A stretch of DNA of 54,410 bases, from NCBI GenBank assembly GCA_002772545.1, contig PFDR01000015.1:1-54410 (forward strand), read 5' to 3'. The position numbers and the translations under genes were made by a program. The notes beneath the pieces were generated by a model. It was not told where the DNA came from and did not search any database. It saw only the letters and a list, made by a program, of their open reading frames with translations. Source of the DNA: Candidatus Peregrinibacteria bacterium CG10_big_fil_rev_8_21_14_0_10_49_10 (lineage in GTDB: Bacteria; Patescibacteriota; Gracilibacteria; Peribacterales; Peribacteraceae). Shown here piece after piece: positions 27,448 to 37,602 of the stretch (position 1 is the stretch's first letter; the number at the start of each line of letters is the position of its first letter).

Positions 27448-30400
27448 ATGGTGCAAGGTACACATGCAGCTGTGGCAAAGAAAAAGGCGCAAAGAGCCCA
27501 CTCAGGAGGGAAGAAGGCATTTTCGCATCGTATGCAGCAGTTGAGTGATGAGCAGAAACTTGCGGTGCAGACCCTGGAAGGTCCTGTGATGGTCGTTGCA
27601 GGTCCGGGTACCGGCAAGACAGAGGTTACAGCCCTGCGTGTTGCTACTATTTTAGAAAAAACACATATGCGTCCCGGAAATATTTTGTGTCTAACCTTTA
27701 GCAAGAGTGGAGCCACTGCAATGCGCAGAAGGCTGAGAGACATCATTGGTTCAGATGCGTACGGTGTGACTGTTAACACTATTCATGGCTTTTGTAACGA
27801 TATTATTCTGCAGCACCCCTCTGTGTTTGAAGAGTGGTCTGCACTTTCACAGATCAGCGATGTGGAACGCTACAGAAGTTTGAATAAAATAATTGATCAA
27901 CTAATGCCAAATTTGGCTCTGGTAAACAAGAAAAGCCCATACAGAAGAACCAGAGATATCCTCATGCGTATCAGTCAGTTAAAAAAAGAGGGCGTAACAG
28001 ATCGTGCTCGTCTCAGTGCAATTGCAGATGCGTATGAAGAGCAAATGGCACATAAAGGAAGAGAGGGGACCAAGGTGCATACAGCCAACGTGCTCAAAGC
28101 CCGCAAGTTTTACGAATTGCTCGAAGTGTTTTTCCGTTACCAGGAGATGCTTGAAGCCAGCGGCCGGTACGACTACGACGATATGATTTTGCATGTGATT
28201 GCTGCCCTAAAGGACCAAGACTGGATGCTCGCTTCGCTTCAGGAACGTTATCAATACATGTTGGTGGATGAGTTCCAGGATACCAATGGTGCGCAGTATG
28301 CCTTTATTGAACTGTTGACAACAGATCCTACAGGTGATGCACACCCAAATCTATTTGTAGTGGGTGATGACGACCAGGCTATCTACCGCTTTCAGGGTGC
28401 GAATCTTGCAAATATTCTCTCCTTTCGTGACCGTTTCCCTTCTGCTCCGGTCATACCCCTTACCGTGAGTTACAGGTGCCCACAGAAGATTTTAGATGCT
28501 GCAGAGCGTCTTATTTCCCACAATTCCGAACGCCTGGTTCACCACATACCGGGCCTCCAAAAACATCTTGTTTCCGCTGGAAAGCCAGAGGGGCAGAGCC
28601 CGTTACTCCTACTTGCACCCAGTGATATGAGTGAGCCGTGGCTGGTGGCGGATGTGGTACAGGAGCGTCTGACGCATGGTGTGGACCCGTCCGATATTGC
28701 AGTGCTGGTACAGACGAATGCAGAATTACCGCATCTTTACCAGGTACTCCGGGCGCGGAATATTCCTGTACAGATGACCGGAAAAATTGATCTGCTGCAG
28801 CATCCGCGTATTGTGGAGTTACTGGCTGTTCTTCGTGCGGTACAGCATCCACAGGAAAGTTCTGTACTGGCTACTGCGCTCGCTTGCGAATGTTTTGGTT
28901 GCAGATCAGTGGATCTTGCGCGTTTGTTTGGCCTGCGTCGCGCAGAAGAATGCTCTCTATACGATCTGCTGCTGCGCCTGGACGAAGCATCGCAGCCTCT
29001 TCCCGTAGCACTGGGTGATGCAGATGCACTCGTAGATGCACGTGACACACTTCTTTCTCTCCATCAGAAACTTGATTCCCGTACGGTGGTACAAACACTG
29101 GAGCATGCACTGCGTGATTGTGGACTTTTGCACTCTCCTGATGCAAATACGACAGATCTTCTGGATTTTGCCGCTCTGCAGGAATTTTTTGATCGCATGG
29201 AGCAACGCGCCTATGAGCAACCCTCCTTTACTTTGGACCAGTTACTGGCAGACATGGCACTCTACGGTAATGATGATTACGGAGACCTTCGTCTTACCTA
29301 TGATCTGCCGCACCTCACGAATCAGGGAGTGCAAATAATGACAGCGCATAAAAGCAAAGGCCTGGAGTTTCACACAGTCATCCTCACAAACTTCCGGGAG
29401 GGTCACTGGGACCGCCGCCGAAATCCTGCGTCCCTCTCTGTACCCGAAGATTTGCTCTTCGGCTGGGAGAAAGATCAGAAGTCCTATGAGCAGGGGCAGG
29501 ATGAGCGGAGAGTTGCCTTTGTCGCAATGACACGTGCGAAAAAAGAACTGTTATTCTCCTGCCCCGAAGAGACGACATCGGGAGATGCCCTCAAAGCAGT
29601 TTCTCCTTCCGGCTTCTTTGCAGAAGCAGGAGACTTGCCGGAAGAAAAAAGATCTGTAGAAAATCTTCATGCTATGTCTACTCTTCTTTCCGTTCCGGTG
29701 CGCAAACTGGATGCAGAGATGCAGGCTTTTCTGCGGGAGCGTCTAGAGCATTTTTCACTTTCTCCGTCTGCTCTGCAGGATTTTCTTACCGATCCGCATG
29801 TTTTTCTGGAACGCCAGTTGCTCATGGTACCGCAAGTCAAAGAAGTGCATTTCGCCTACGGAAATGCTATTCATCATGTACTGGCATTGTGGGCGCAGTC
29901 TGTAAAGCAAGGAAACCCTGTAACAAAAGAAGAGATGCTACAGGCTTTCTCTAAGCATATAACAGAGCGTGAACTCCTTACCTCTTTCGAATGTGCACGT
30001 ATGGAAAGTCTCGGCTATGAGACCATCAGCCGATACTATGATCAGGAACTCCAAAAGCCACAAGTGCACATCCACACTGTAGAACATAATCTCTCTGCTC
30101 ATCTCGGTGATATTCCCTTAAAAGGAAAAATTGATCGTATTGATCTTGTGGACCTCCATACTTCTTCGGCCATTGTGTATGACTACAAGACCGGTAAGCC
30201 CAAGTCACCCAAGGAAATAGAAGACTACGGCTACAGACGGCAACTTGTCTTCTACGCACTGCTCATGGATTTGAGTATGCCTCTTTTGCATGCCAAAGAG
30301 TTTGTACTAGAGTTTATAGGTGAGGGGAGTGAAGAGTCTCACCGACGAGTGTACACAGTTTCTGAGCCGGAGAAAGAAGAGCTAAAAAAGCTCATAAAGA

Positions 30401-30450
30401 ACGTATGGGAAAAGATTACTGCATTGGATTTTACGCCACTGGAAGTGTAG
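27448..30450 (+). CDS. UvrD/PcrA-type superfamily-1 helicase fused to a C-terminal PD-(D/E)XK (Cas4/AddB-like) nuclease domain
   Basis: The helicase motifs are VVAGPGTGKTEV, MLVDEFQDTNGAQY, VGDDDQAIYRFQGA, TAHKSKGLEF and VAMTRAKKEL. The C-terminal block GKIDRIDLVD....VYDYKTGKP...YRRQLVFYALL fits a PD-(D/E)XK nuclease. Confidence 0.88.
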   Translation: MVQGTHAAVAKKKAQRAHSGGKKAFSHRMQQLSDEQKLAVQTLEGPVMVVAGPGTGKTEVTALRVATILEKTHMRPGNILCLTFSKSGATAMRRRLRDIIGSDAYGVTVNTIHGFCNDIILQHPSVFEEWSALSQISDVERYRSLNKIIDQLMPNLALVNKKSPYRRTRDILMRISQLKKEGVTDRARLSAIADAYEEQMAHKGREGTKVHTANVLKARKFYELLEVFFRYQEMLEASGRYDYDDMILHVIAALKDQDWMLASLQERYQYMLVDEFQDTNGAQYAFIELLTTDPTGDAHPNLFVVGDDDQAIYRFQGANLANILSFRDRFPSAPVIPLTVSYRCPQKILDAAERLISHNSERLVHHIPGLQKHLVSAGKPEGQSPLLLLAPSDMSEPWLVADVVQERLTHGVDPSDIAVLVQTNAELPHLYQVLRARNIPVQMTGKIDLLQHPRIVELLAVLRAVQHPQESSVLATALACECFGCRSVDLARLFGLRRAEECSLYDLLLRLDEASQPLPVALGDADALVDARDTLLSLHQKLDSRTVVQTLEHALRDCGLLHSPDANTTDLLDFAALQEFFDRMEQRAYEQPSFTLDQLLADMALYGNDDYGDLRLTYDLPHLTNQGVQIMTAHKSKGLEFHTVILTNFREGHWDRRRNPASLSVPEDLLFGWEKDQKSYEQGQDERRVAFVAMTRAKKELLFSCPEETTSGDALKAVSPSGFFAEAGDLPEEKRSVENLHAMSTLLSVPVRKLDAEMQAFLRERLEHFSLSPSALQDFLTDPHVFLERQLLMVPQVKEVHFAYGNAIHHVLALWAQSVKQGNPVTKEEMLQAFSKHITERELLTSFECARMESLGYETISRYYDQELQKPQVHIHTVEHNLSAHLGDIPLKGKIDRIDLVDLHTSSAIVYDYKTGKPKSPKEIEDYGYRRQLVFYALLMDLSMPLLHAKEFVLEFIGEGSEESHRRVYTVSEPEKEELKKLIKNVWEKITALDFTPLEV

Positions 30451-30509
30451 CCCGGGAACCTGCTCAATTCATTCCGTTTACGAGCATGTTTTTGGCACAT
30501 TCAATCCGT

Positions 30510-31112
30510 TTAATGAGCGAACGAACGAGCAATATGCTCTCTGAATTTTTGCAGAGCTTTGCCTCTATGACTTGTACTATTTTTTTGTTCAATACTCATT
30601 GCTGAATATACCAAATTGTAACCATTTGGACGAAAGCATGCCGAAATCGGCAGTCCAGAGAGGTATGCATCCTCAAGTTTACTGGTGATAGTGCCATCAC
30701 AGATTCCCTGGAACCTATGCAGATTTCCCTCGGCATCCACATATGCGAGTTGGCAAATAAAACGGGCTTTTCGATTTTCTTCTTTCTCCATGCGCTCCAG
30801 AAAATAACTGATCCACTCCTCGTCGCTCGCCGCGGGGCCCGCTCCCCAGCGGCGGGTACGCACACCCAGTTCATCTGCAAGGGCATCCACTTCTATACCC
30901 GAGTCATCTGCCAGAGTGGCAATTCCTGTGCAATCAAAATAGTGCTTTGCTTTCTGTACGGCATTCTCTGCATAGGTGGATCCTGTCTCTTCCGGCGGTC
31001 CAATGGAAGTCTCCAGGTCATCCGGGGTGAGTAGTTCTACCGGAAGAGTAGCGAGGCACTCCCGTATTTCCGTCACCTTCCCTGCGTTGTTTGTTCCGAT
31101 GAGTAACTGCAT
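30510..31112 (-). CDS. rdgB: Non-canonical purine NTP pyrophosphatase (RdgB/HAM1 family)
   Basis: The family pattern is present: LLIGTNNAGKVTEI....PPEETGSTYAENA..KA......ADDSG..VDAL.....RT.R.....F.C. Confidence 0.9.
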   Translation of the reverse strand: MQLLIGTNNAGKVTEIRECLATLPVELLTPDDLETSIGPPEETGSTYAENAVQKAKHYFDCTGIATLADDSGIEVDALADELGVRTRRWGAGPAASDEEWISYFLERMEKEENRKARFICQLAYVDAEGNLHRFQGICDGTITSKLEDAYLSGLPISACFRPNGYNLVYSAMSIEQKNSTSHRGKALQKFREHIARSFAH

Positions 31113-31150
31113 AAGGACATTAGCGCATACTTCCAGAGGTGGGTGGTGGA

Positions 31151-33418
31151 TTAGCTGTTAGCCATGGTGTCTATGTACACCTTACGAGCTTTAGCACCGT
31201 CCGCAGGACCAATAATGCCCTTTGCTTCCATGATGTCCAGCAGTCGGGCCGCGCGTGCGTACCCTACCTTCAGTTGTCGTTGCAGCAGACTGGCGGAGGC
31301 TCTTCCTGTTTCCTGAACCACGCGTACGGCTTCAAAGAACATCGTATCTCCTCCATCGTCATCGGCCTCCAGATCGATAGCTGTAGCGTTCCCTCCCACT
31401 ACAGGTGCATCTTCTCCTTCTTCCGTTTCCAGAGGAATTTCTTCCGTAATTTTTCCTCCACCGGCTATTTTTATGGAATTGATGACCCGCTCGACTTCTT
31501 TTGTAGAAGTAAAAATACCCTGAATACGGACAGGATTTGCAATCTCTGCTGTGAGATAAAGCATGTCTCCTTTTCCCAAAAGATCCTCTGCTCCAATGCC
31601 GTCTAAAATAGTGCGGCTATCTACAGAGCTCACTGTTCGGAAGGCAATGCGGGTGGGTACGTTCGCTTTAATGAGACCTGTAATCACATCGACGCTCGGG
31701 CGTTGCGTAGCGATAATGAGGTGAAGACCGACTGCACGTGCCATTTGTGCCACACGGACGATCATGGTTTCAGTATCCCGCCGGAACTGACGCATCATCA
31801 GATCCGCAAGCTCATCAATGACAATCACAATGCGCGGCATGAAGTTTTCATCTTCCTCCTGCTTTTCGTTGTACTCGTTAATATTACGCACACCTTCTTC
31901 CGAAAAGCGGTGAAGGCGGCGTCCCATTTCCGCTACTGCCCAACGGAGCGCCTGGAGAGCCTTTTCGGATTCCGTAATCACGGGTGTGAGCAGGTGTGGG
32001 ATGCCGTCAAAGGGCATAAGCTCAACGCGTTTGGGGTCTATAAGAATCAATTTAAGCTGGTCCGGTGCATTCTGGTAGAGGAGGGACGTAAGAAAGGTAT
32101 TCATACACACAGATTTTCCCGAGCCGGTGGCACCGGCAATGAGAAGGTGGGGCATGTCATCCAGGGGAGTCACCACCGCCTTGCCTCCTACATCGCGTCC
32201 CAATGGGAGGGTCAGGCTGGATTCCCCCTGCATAAATTCCGGACTTTCCAGTATTTCGCGCAGATGTACAATGGTTCTCTTGGAGTTGGGCATTTCTATA
32301 CCCACCAGAGATTTGCCCGGAATGGGTGCTTCTATACGGAGGCTGGAAGCAGCAAGAGCAAGAGCAAGATCATCTTTAAGGTTGGCGATGCGGCTGAGTT
32401 TTACGCCTTCCGCGGGTTCCAGTGTGAACTGGGTCACAGTGGGGCCGGGATGGGCATCGCGCACTTTCACTTCTATTTCAAACTCATTGAGTTTTTGCTC
32501 TATGAGTCGTGCCTGCTTTTTGAGCTCTTCGTCGTTTACCGTGAGCTCACTCTGCTTATTGTCCAGGAGTTCGTAGTCCGGAAACGTCCACTCCTCAAAA
32601 CGTGTGTCATGCATGGTAATGGTTTCGCGCATGGCTTTTATTTCCTCTTTGATCTTCTTTTTGGCCGCGTCCTTTACGGTTTGTTTTGCAAAGACCGGGC
32701 GCACAATATTGAGCTCGGGCGCTTTATGATCCTCTTCTATAAGATCATCTTCCTCTTTCTCCTGTTCCTCTTCCACATCTTCTTCCATGTGTACTGTTTT
32801 GCGGGCCTGACGAACTGGTGCCTCTTTTACTGTTTTGTTCCTGGAGACGAAGAGAGAGGCGAGTGAACGCAGAAGAGCCGGGAGATCGGGTTCAAAGGTG
32901 ATAAAGATCCCCACAACAAATACAGAACCAAGCACGGTATAGCCCACGGCACGGCTGGCAAAGAGAAGGAATGGCATGCTGGCCATAAATCCTATGGCTC
33001 CGGCGAGTTCATCTCTTCGCGGGGCAATCTCTTCTAGTGGGGCGCCTATGTGCATCATTCCCAGAAAAGAAGTGAGACAGAGTGCCAGGCCAAGCCAAAT
33101 GCGTGCGGGCATTTTTTCCGCTTTCGCTTTGGAACTTGGTGCAGATACAAACCAATGGAGGAGTCCGGAGGCTACCAGTGTCACCGGAAAGAGCGTGCCC
33201 CAGCTCCCGAAGAAGAAGACCAGAAAACGTTTCATACTCTCACCCATTAACCCTGCCTGCTGCTGCAGACCGAGTAAAATAAGGATACCAATACAAATTT
33301 GCACGGTACCGCTGATGTGTCGACGCGTATGGGGGTTGATCTTGAGTTGCTCCGCTGTTTTTTTGCGCGAGGAGGTGCGTCGTTTGCGCTTGGTGGTTCT
33401 GCGACTGGTACGTGCCAT
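31151..33418 (-). CDS. ftsK: DNA translocase FtsK/SpoIIIE
   Basis: N-terminal TM helices are present. The motor domain has HLLIAGATGSGKSVCMN and IVIVIDELADLMM, followed by a C-terminal gamma (winged-helix) domain SASLLQRQLKVGYARAARLLDIMEAKGIIGP. The ATG at 33418 is preferred over the TTG at 33436. Confidence 0.93.
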   Translation of the reverse strand: MARTSRRTTKRKRRTSSRKKTAEQLKINPHTRRHISGTVQICIGILILLGLQQQAGLMGESMKRFLVFFFGSWGTLFPVTLVASGLLHWFVSAPSSKAKAEKMPARIWLGLALCLTSFLGMMHIGAPLEEIAPRRDELAGAIGFMASMPFLLFASRAVGYTVLGSVFVVGIFITFEPDLPALLRSLASLFVSRNKTVKEAPVRQARKTVHMEEDVEEEQEKEEDDLIEEDHKAPELNIVRPVFAKQTVKDAAKKKIKEEIKAMRETITMHDTRFEEWTFPDYELLDNKQSELTVNDEELKKQARLIEQKLNEFEIEVKVRDAHPGPTVTQFTLEPAEGVKLSRIANLKDDLALALAASSLRIEAPIPGKSLVGIEMPNSKRTIVHLREILESPEFMQGESSLTLPLGRDVGGKAVVTPLDDMPHLLIAGATGSGKSVCMNTFLTSLLYQNAPDQLKLILIDPKRVELMPFDGIPHLLTPVITESEKALQALRWAVAEMGRRLHRFSEEGVRNINEYNEKQEEDENFMPRIVIVIDELADLMMRQFRRDTETMIVRVAQMARAVGLHLIIATQRPSVDVITGLIKANVPTRIAFRTVSSVDSRTILDGIGAEDLLGKGDMLYLTAEIANPVRIQGIFTSTKEVERVINSIKIAGGGKITEEIPLETEEGEDAPVVGGNATAIDLEADDDGGDTMFFEAVRVVQETGRASASLLQRQLKVGYARAARLLDIMEAKGIIGPADGAKARKVYIDTMANS

Positions 33419-33515
33419 ACGGGTAGTATATCGCAATATGTTTCAGTGCAAAACTCGATTTGTGCAACTTGGTGCTTCGGGTCTCCTTACTCACAAAAAG
33501 GTCTCAGGGGACTGT

Positions 33516-34004
33516 TCATTTTGCTTCTTCCTTCTTAGATCCAAAGAGTTCCAGATCTGCCATGCGTATGAGCGTTTCGAGTCTTTCCAGTACAACGATA
33601 CATGTGATGATTTCTCTGTCGGGCTCAGTCGGCCCATTCCCGCTTTGTATGCATGCGATGCATGGAGATTTATGAAAAACAGCTTGTATTCTCTGAATAA
33701 AGCCACTCATTTCATATCGATGATGCTGCTCACGGAGTGTGGCTATCCGCTTTGCAACTTCAGAGAGCAATTGCTGAAGTGCGTATCTTTTTTCTGCGTA
33801 CCTCTGCTCCAGCTGATTGACGATTTGATCGATGGTTGTGCTTGGCAGAACCGGGGATGCACCTAAAATACGGAACGATGTCAGGTTTCTGCTCAGGACT
33901 GTGCCGATGCTCATATGCTCCCTGATTTGCATTGTCAAACGATCAATGTAATTTTCATCCTCCTGCATTTCTACACCCGGAATTACGATGGGATTATGTG
34001 CCAT
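33516..34004 (-). CDS. Hypothetical protein (162 aa), no family recognised
   Basis: A clean ORF just upstream of ftsK on the same strand, with no competing ORF of comparable quality. Confidence 0.5.
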   Translation of the reverse strand: MAHNPIVIPGVEMQEDENYIDRLTMQIREHMSIGTVLSRNLTSFRILGASPVLPSTTIDQIVNQLEQRYAEKRYALQQLLSEVAKRIATLREQHHRYEMSGFIQRIQAVFHKSPCIACIQSGNGPTEPDREIITCIVVLERLETLIRMADLELFGSKKEEAK

Positions 34005-34072
34005 AGTCTTACGAGAGAAACAGACGAACCTGCTAGAGGATCACTCTACCATCCGCTACCATAGAGCTCTAC

Positions 34073-34909
34073 ATGAAGGTACTTCTTTTTGGCGGCAACG
34101 GCTACATGGGCAGGGAGTTCCGTAGACTCTACCCGGGTGCTGTAGCACCATCGATCGACATAGCCGACTGCAATGCAGTTGCATCGGCTCTGGATCAACA
34201 CCGGCCCGATCTCGTTATTAATGCTGCCGGTAAAACCGGGCGGCCGAATATTGATTGGTGCGAAGATCACAAAGAAGAGACGGTCCGCAGCAATATAACG
34301 GGGCCACTTGTGCTGCTTGATGCCTGTACAAAACGACAGATCTACTGGGTGCATCTGGGTTCCGGATGTGTGTACCAGGGCGATAACGGAGGGAAGGGTT
34401 TTTCCGAGGAGGATGCCCCCAACTTTGCGGGTAGTTTCTACTCGCGCACCAAAGCACATTGCGACGAGATACTCCGTGAATTTCCTGTACTCATTTTACG
34501 CTTGCGTATGCCGTTTGATGGTTCCACTCACGAACGCAGTCTCATTACCAAGCTTTCCAAGTACAAACGGGTTTTGGATGTACAGAATTCTCTCACCTAT
34601 CTCCCGGATTTCTTCTCTGCCGCCGCAAAGCTCATAGAGAGTCGCAAGACGGGTATTTACCATGTGGTCAATCCCGGTACGCTCTCCCCGTACCACATTA
34701 TGGAACGCTATAGAGAGTTCGTTGATCCTGCGCACACATTCGAGAAACTTCTACCGGCAGATCTCCCGGAAGTGGTACGTGCCGGGCGCAGCAATTGTGT
34801 ACTGGATACCAAAAAACTCGAACAGGAGGGTATTGAGCTCCGCCCTGTAGAAAGCGCTCTTTTGGAGGCGTGTTCCACAATTGCAAAAGAACGGCGAATA
34901 ATTGATTGA
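34073..34909 (+). CDS. NAD(P)-dependent sugar-nucleotide reductase/epimerase, RmlD-like (short-chain dehydrogenase fold)
   Basis: The N-terminal Rossmann motif is KVLLFGGNGYMG. DLVINAAGKTG...CE and a YSRTK catalytic YxxxK motif are also present. Overall length fits RmlD-like proteins. Confidence 0.72.
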   Translation: MKVLLFGGNGYMGREFRRLYPGAVAPSIDIADCNAVASALDQHRPDLVINAAGKTGRPNIDWCEDHKEETVRSNITGPLVLLDACTKRQIYWVHLGSGCVYQGDNGGKGFSEEDAPNFAGSFYSRTKAHCDEILREFPVLILRLRMPFDGSTHERSLITKLSKYKRVLDVQNSLTYLPDFFSAAAKLIESRKTGIYHVVNPGTLSPYHIMERYREFVDPAHTFEKLLPADLPEVVRAGRSNCVLDTKKLEQEGIELRPVESALLEACSTIAKERRIID

Positions 34910-34962
34910 ATTTCACTTTTATGGTAAAATAGCTATTGAACGTACCTCTCTCGTACTTTCCT

Positions 34963-36762
34963 ATGAAGAATCCTTTTGCCTTCCTATACAACATTCCATG
35001 GAATCGGATTCCGACCATGGTGACGGGTTTTGTGAGCAGGCGCTGGAAAGCCTTAGTCATCAGTGTAGTTATTGGCCTACCTACCTTCGCATTGGGTGTT
35101 TTTCTCTTTGCTCCGGAGAAGCCGGAGTACATCACTGCAACTGCAAAGAAAGGTGATCTGATTCAGACCGTGGAAGCGGTGGGCACAGTTATTTCCGAAA
35201 AGGATTTGAGTCTTAAATTTCCTGTTACGGGCGTGGTACACAAGGTTCTTGTGAAGGAAGGGGATACTGTAGAAGCTGGAAAAGTGCTTGCGATCTTGCG
35301 GAATGATAGCCTTCAGGCAGATCTTTCATCCGCATCTGCCCAATACCAATCCGCGTTGGCGGATTTGCGCGAGCTCAAAGAGGGCACGCGTCCGGAAGAA
35401 ATTGCTGTTTCTGAGGCGGAAGTGGAAAACAAGCGTGCAGCACTTTCTGCAGCGCAAACAACTCTGCAAAATGCGGAACGTAATCTGGAACGTTCCCGTA
35501 CAAAGCTAACAGAGCTGCAGCGGGAAGCCGATGTGAGCCTGAGCGGACATGTTGCAACAGCCGGAAGCGTTATTTCACAGGAACTGACCGATATCGACAA
35601 TTCTCTCCACGAACTTGATGATGACTTCGATACAACTGTTGTGAGTAATGCCGTAGATTTTAGTGCTCGTGTGGAGTACGAAGTCTATGTGCAGCAGCGG
35701 CTCCAGGCCAGCCAGAAACTGGCACAGGCAATGCGCGGATCAAGTCCGGGGGACTTCAAGCAGGCAATAACCAATCTGGAAGCTGCCCGCAGTGCCGCTC
35801 TTCTTGCCGCTTCTGCTGCGAATAAGGCGTACAGCATTATTCTTTCCCTCCCCACTACCTATTACTTTACGACGGCGGTGAAAGAGACGTACAAAGATTC
35901 TGCTGCGAGTGAGAGGAACAGTATTCAGAGTTCCTTAAATGACATCGACGATGAAATCAAAGTAGTACGGGACGCGTCTGCATCCTTTGGGACCAAAATT
36001 GCATCTGAGGAGGCTTCCATGACTACTGCACAGGGCACCAAAGATGCAGCTCTCTCAGATATTACAACGTACGAAACATCCCTGCGCATTCAGGAGGCAC
36101 AGCTAGCACTCAAAAAAGCAGGAGCCCGTCAGGCAGACATCGATTCCGCTCGTGCAAAGTTGAATCAGGCTTCTGCAGATGTAAAACGTGCGAAGGCCAA
36201 GCTGGACGATACCATTCTTGAAGCTCCCATTGCCGGACGCATAACCAAGGTGAATCTTAAGGAGGGCGAGTTCACGGGCGATTTTACCGATACAGACCGT
36301 TCCATCACCATGCTCGGCATGAGCCCGTACCGTGTGGAACTCTACACGTCTGAAATCGACATTCCCAAAGTACAGTACGAGCAGGAAGGCGGTATGGAAC
36401 TGGATGCCTATCCGGGCCATGACTTTCTTCTGCGTGTAACCGAAATAGATCCTGCGGCTACCATCATAGATGGTGTTCCCAAGTATCGTATCAAACTGGA
36501 TTTTCTGGAAAATGAGGAGGAGAGTCTGAAAATCGGCATGACGGGAGATGTGGATATTATTACCGATATGCAGAAAGATGTTGTTTCCGTTCCGGGACGT
36601 GCGGTTATTAAAAATGCTCTGGGGCAGAAAATTATTCGCATCCTCCACGGAACCACGGTCGAAGAGCGTACGGTCGTGACAGGTATGGAAACAGATTCCG
36701 ATGTGGAAGTGATGAGTGGAGTGGAAGAAGGGGAGGAAGTGATTATCCTTATAAAGCAATAG
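34963..36762 (+). CDS. HlyD/MacA-type membrane-fusion (periplasmic adaptor) protein with a very long coiled-coil insert
   Basis: An N-terminal TM helix is followed by a lipoyl-like motif (GDLIQTVEAVGTV...SLKFPVTGVVHKVLVKEGDTVEAGKVLAIL), ~300 aa of heptad-like sequence, a second half-lipoyl motif (LEAPIAGRITKVNLKEGE) and beta-barrel/MP domains. The ATG at 34963 is preferred. Confidence 0.8.
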   Translation: MKNPFAFLYNIPWNRIPTMVTGFVSRRWKALVISVVIGLPTFALGVFLFAPEKPEYITATAKKGDLIQTVEAVGTVISEKDLSLKFPVTGVVHKVLVKEGDTVEAGKVLAILRNDSLQADLSSASAQYQSALADLRELKEGTRPEEIAVSEAEVENKRAALSAAQTTLQNAERNLERSRTKLTELQREADVSLSGHVATAGSVISQELTDIDNSLHELDDDFDTTVVSNAVDFSARVEYEVYVQQRLQASQKLAQAMRGSSPGDFKQAITNLEAARSAALLAASAANKAYSIILSLPTTYYFTTAVKETYKDSAASERNSIQSSLNDIDDEIKVVRDASASFGTKIASEEASMTTAQGTKDAALSDITTYETSLRIQEAQLALKKAGARQADIDSARAKLNQASADVKRAKAKLDDTILEAPIAGRITKVNLKEGEFTGDFTDTDRSITMLGMSPYRVELYTSEIDIPKVQYEQEGGMELDAYPGHDFLLRVTEIDPAATIIDGVPKYRIKLDFLENEEESLKIGMTGDVDIITDMQKDVVSVPGRAVIKNALGQKIIRILHGTTVEERTVVTGMETDSDVEVMSGVEEGEEVIILIKQ

Positions 36763-36843
36763 ACTCAGCAGCTTGATTAGCTTGGTTAGATGCTTCCGTT
36801 TCGATACCCTTACCATACGTCCCAGCTCTCACCCAAAGTTATC

Positions 36844-37584
36844 ATGCTGAAAAAGGTAGTCCCCCTCATTGAAACCGTAGATCTCCAGAAGTCGTATTTC
36901 AGTGGTGATCTTGAAACACCGGTACTGCACGGAATTGATTTTGTGATTCAGGAAGGAGAGTTTGTGTCCATCATGGGTCCTTCGGGATCCGGCAAGTCCA
37001 CCCTCATGCATATTTTAGGTTTTTTAGATACGCCGACCTCGGGCAGTTACCTCTTTCGTGGCGAGAAGACACGCGTACTGGAAGATGACGCTCTTGCGCG
37101 TATTCGCGCGACACGTGTGAGTTTTGTATTTCAGGCGTTCAACCTGCTTCCACGTACAACCGTTTTGGAAAATGTGATTCTTCCCCTGCTGTATCACCCC
37201 ACGATTCCTGCATCGGAGCGCGAAGAACGTGCTATGAAAGCCATTGCAGAGGTAGGTCTGACCGAACGTACCACCTATCTCACCAACCAGCTTTCCGGAG
37301 GGCAGCAGCAGCGTGTGGCTATAGCGCGTGCACTCGTGACAGAACCAGATATTATTTTTGCCGATGAGCCCACAGGAAACTTAGACAGTGCTTCCGGTTT
37401 ACAGGTCATGAACGTGCTGCAGGAACTCCACGATCACCAGGGCAGCACTATTGTGCTTGTCACACACGAAAAGGCTACGGCCGAGTATGCCGCGCGTATT
37501 ATTCAACTTCTGGATGGTCGTATTAGTTCAGATTCCCGGGACTTTAAGCGCAAAGATGCAAAGACCAATACAGATCTCAAATAA
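36844..37584 (+). CDS. ABC transporter ATP-binding protein, MacB/LolD/FtsE-like
   Basis: Walker A is GPSGSGKST, the signature is [15 protein letters not shown], Walker B is [12 protein letters not shown], and the H-loop is VLVTHE. Confidence 0.92.
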   Translation: MLKKVVPLIETVDLQKSYFSGDLETPVLHGIDFVIQEGEFVSIMGPSGSGKSTLMHILGFLDTPTSGSYLFRGEKTRVLEDDALARIRATRVSFVFQAFNLLPRTTVLENVILPLLYHPTIPASEREERAMKAIAEVGLTERTTYLTNQLSGGQQQRVAIARALVTEPDIIFADEPTGNLDSASGLQVMNVLQELHDHQGSTIVLVTHEKATAEYAARIIQLLDGRISSDSRDFKRKDAKTNTDLK

Positions 37585-37602
37585 TTCGTTTCCACACCAT
37601 GC

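Noticed and set aside
31703-32866. 387-aa plus-strand ORF
   Set aside because: It lies entirely antisense to the FtsK motor domain, which has unambiguous motifs. Its composition is Phe/Leu/His/Cys-rich, as expected for shadow ORFs. The same reasoning rejects 14097-15131 (-), 51882-52829 (+), 2930-3745 (+), 18456-19229 (+), 39007-39729 (-), 36103-36816 (-), 25354-26200 (-), 45294-46027 (-) and 46263-46841 (-).
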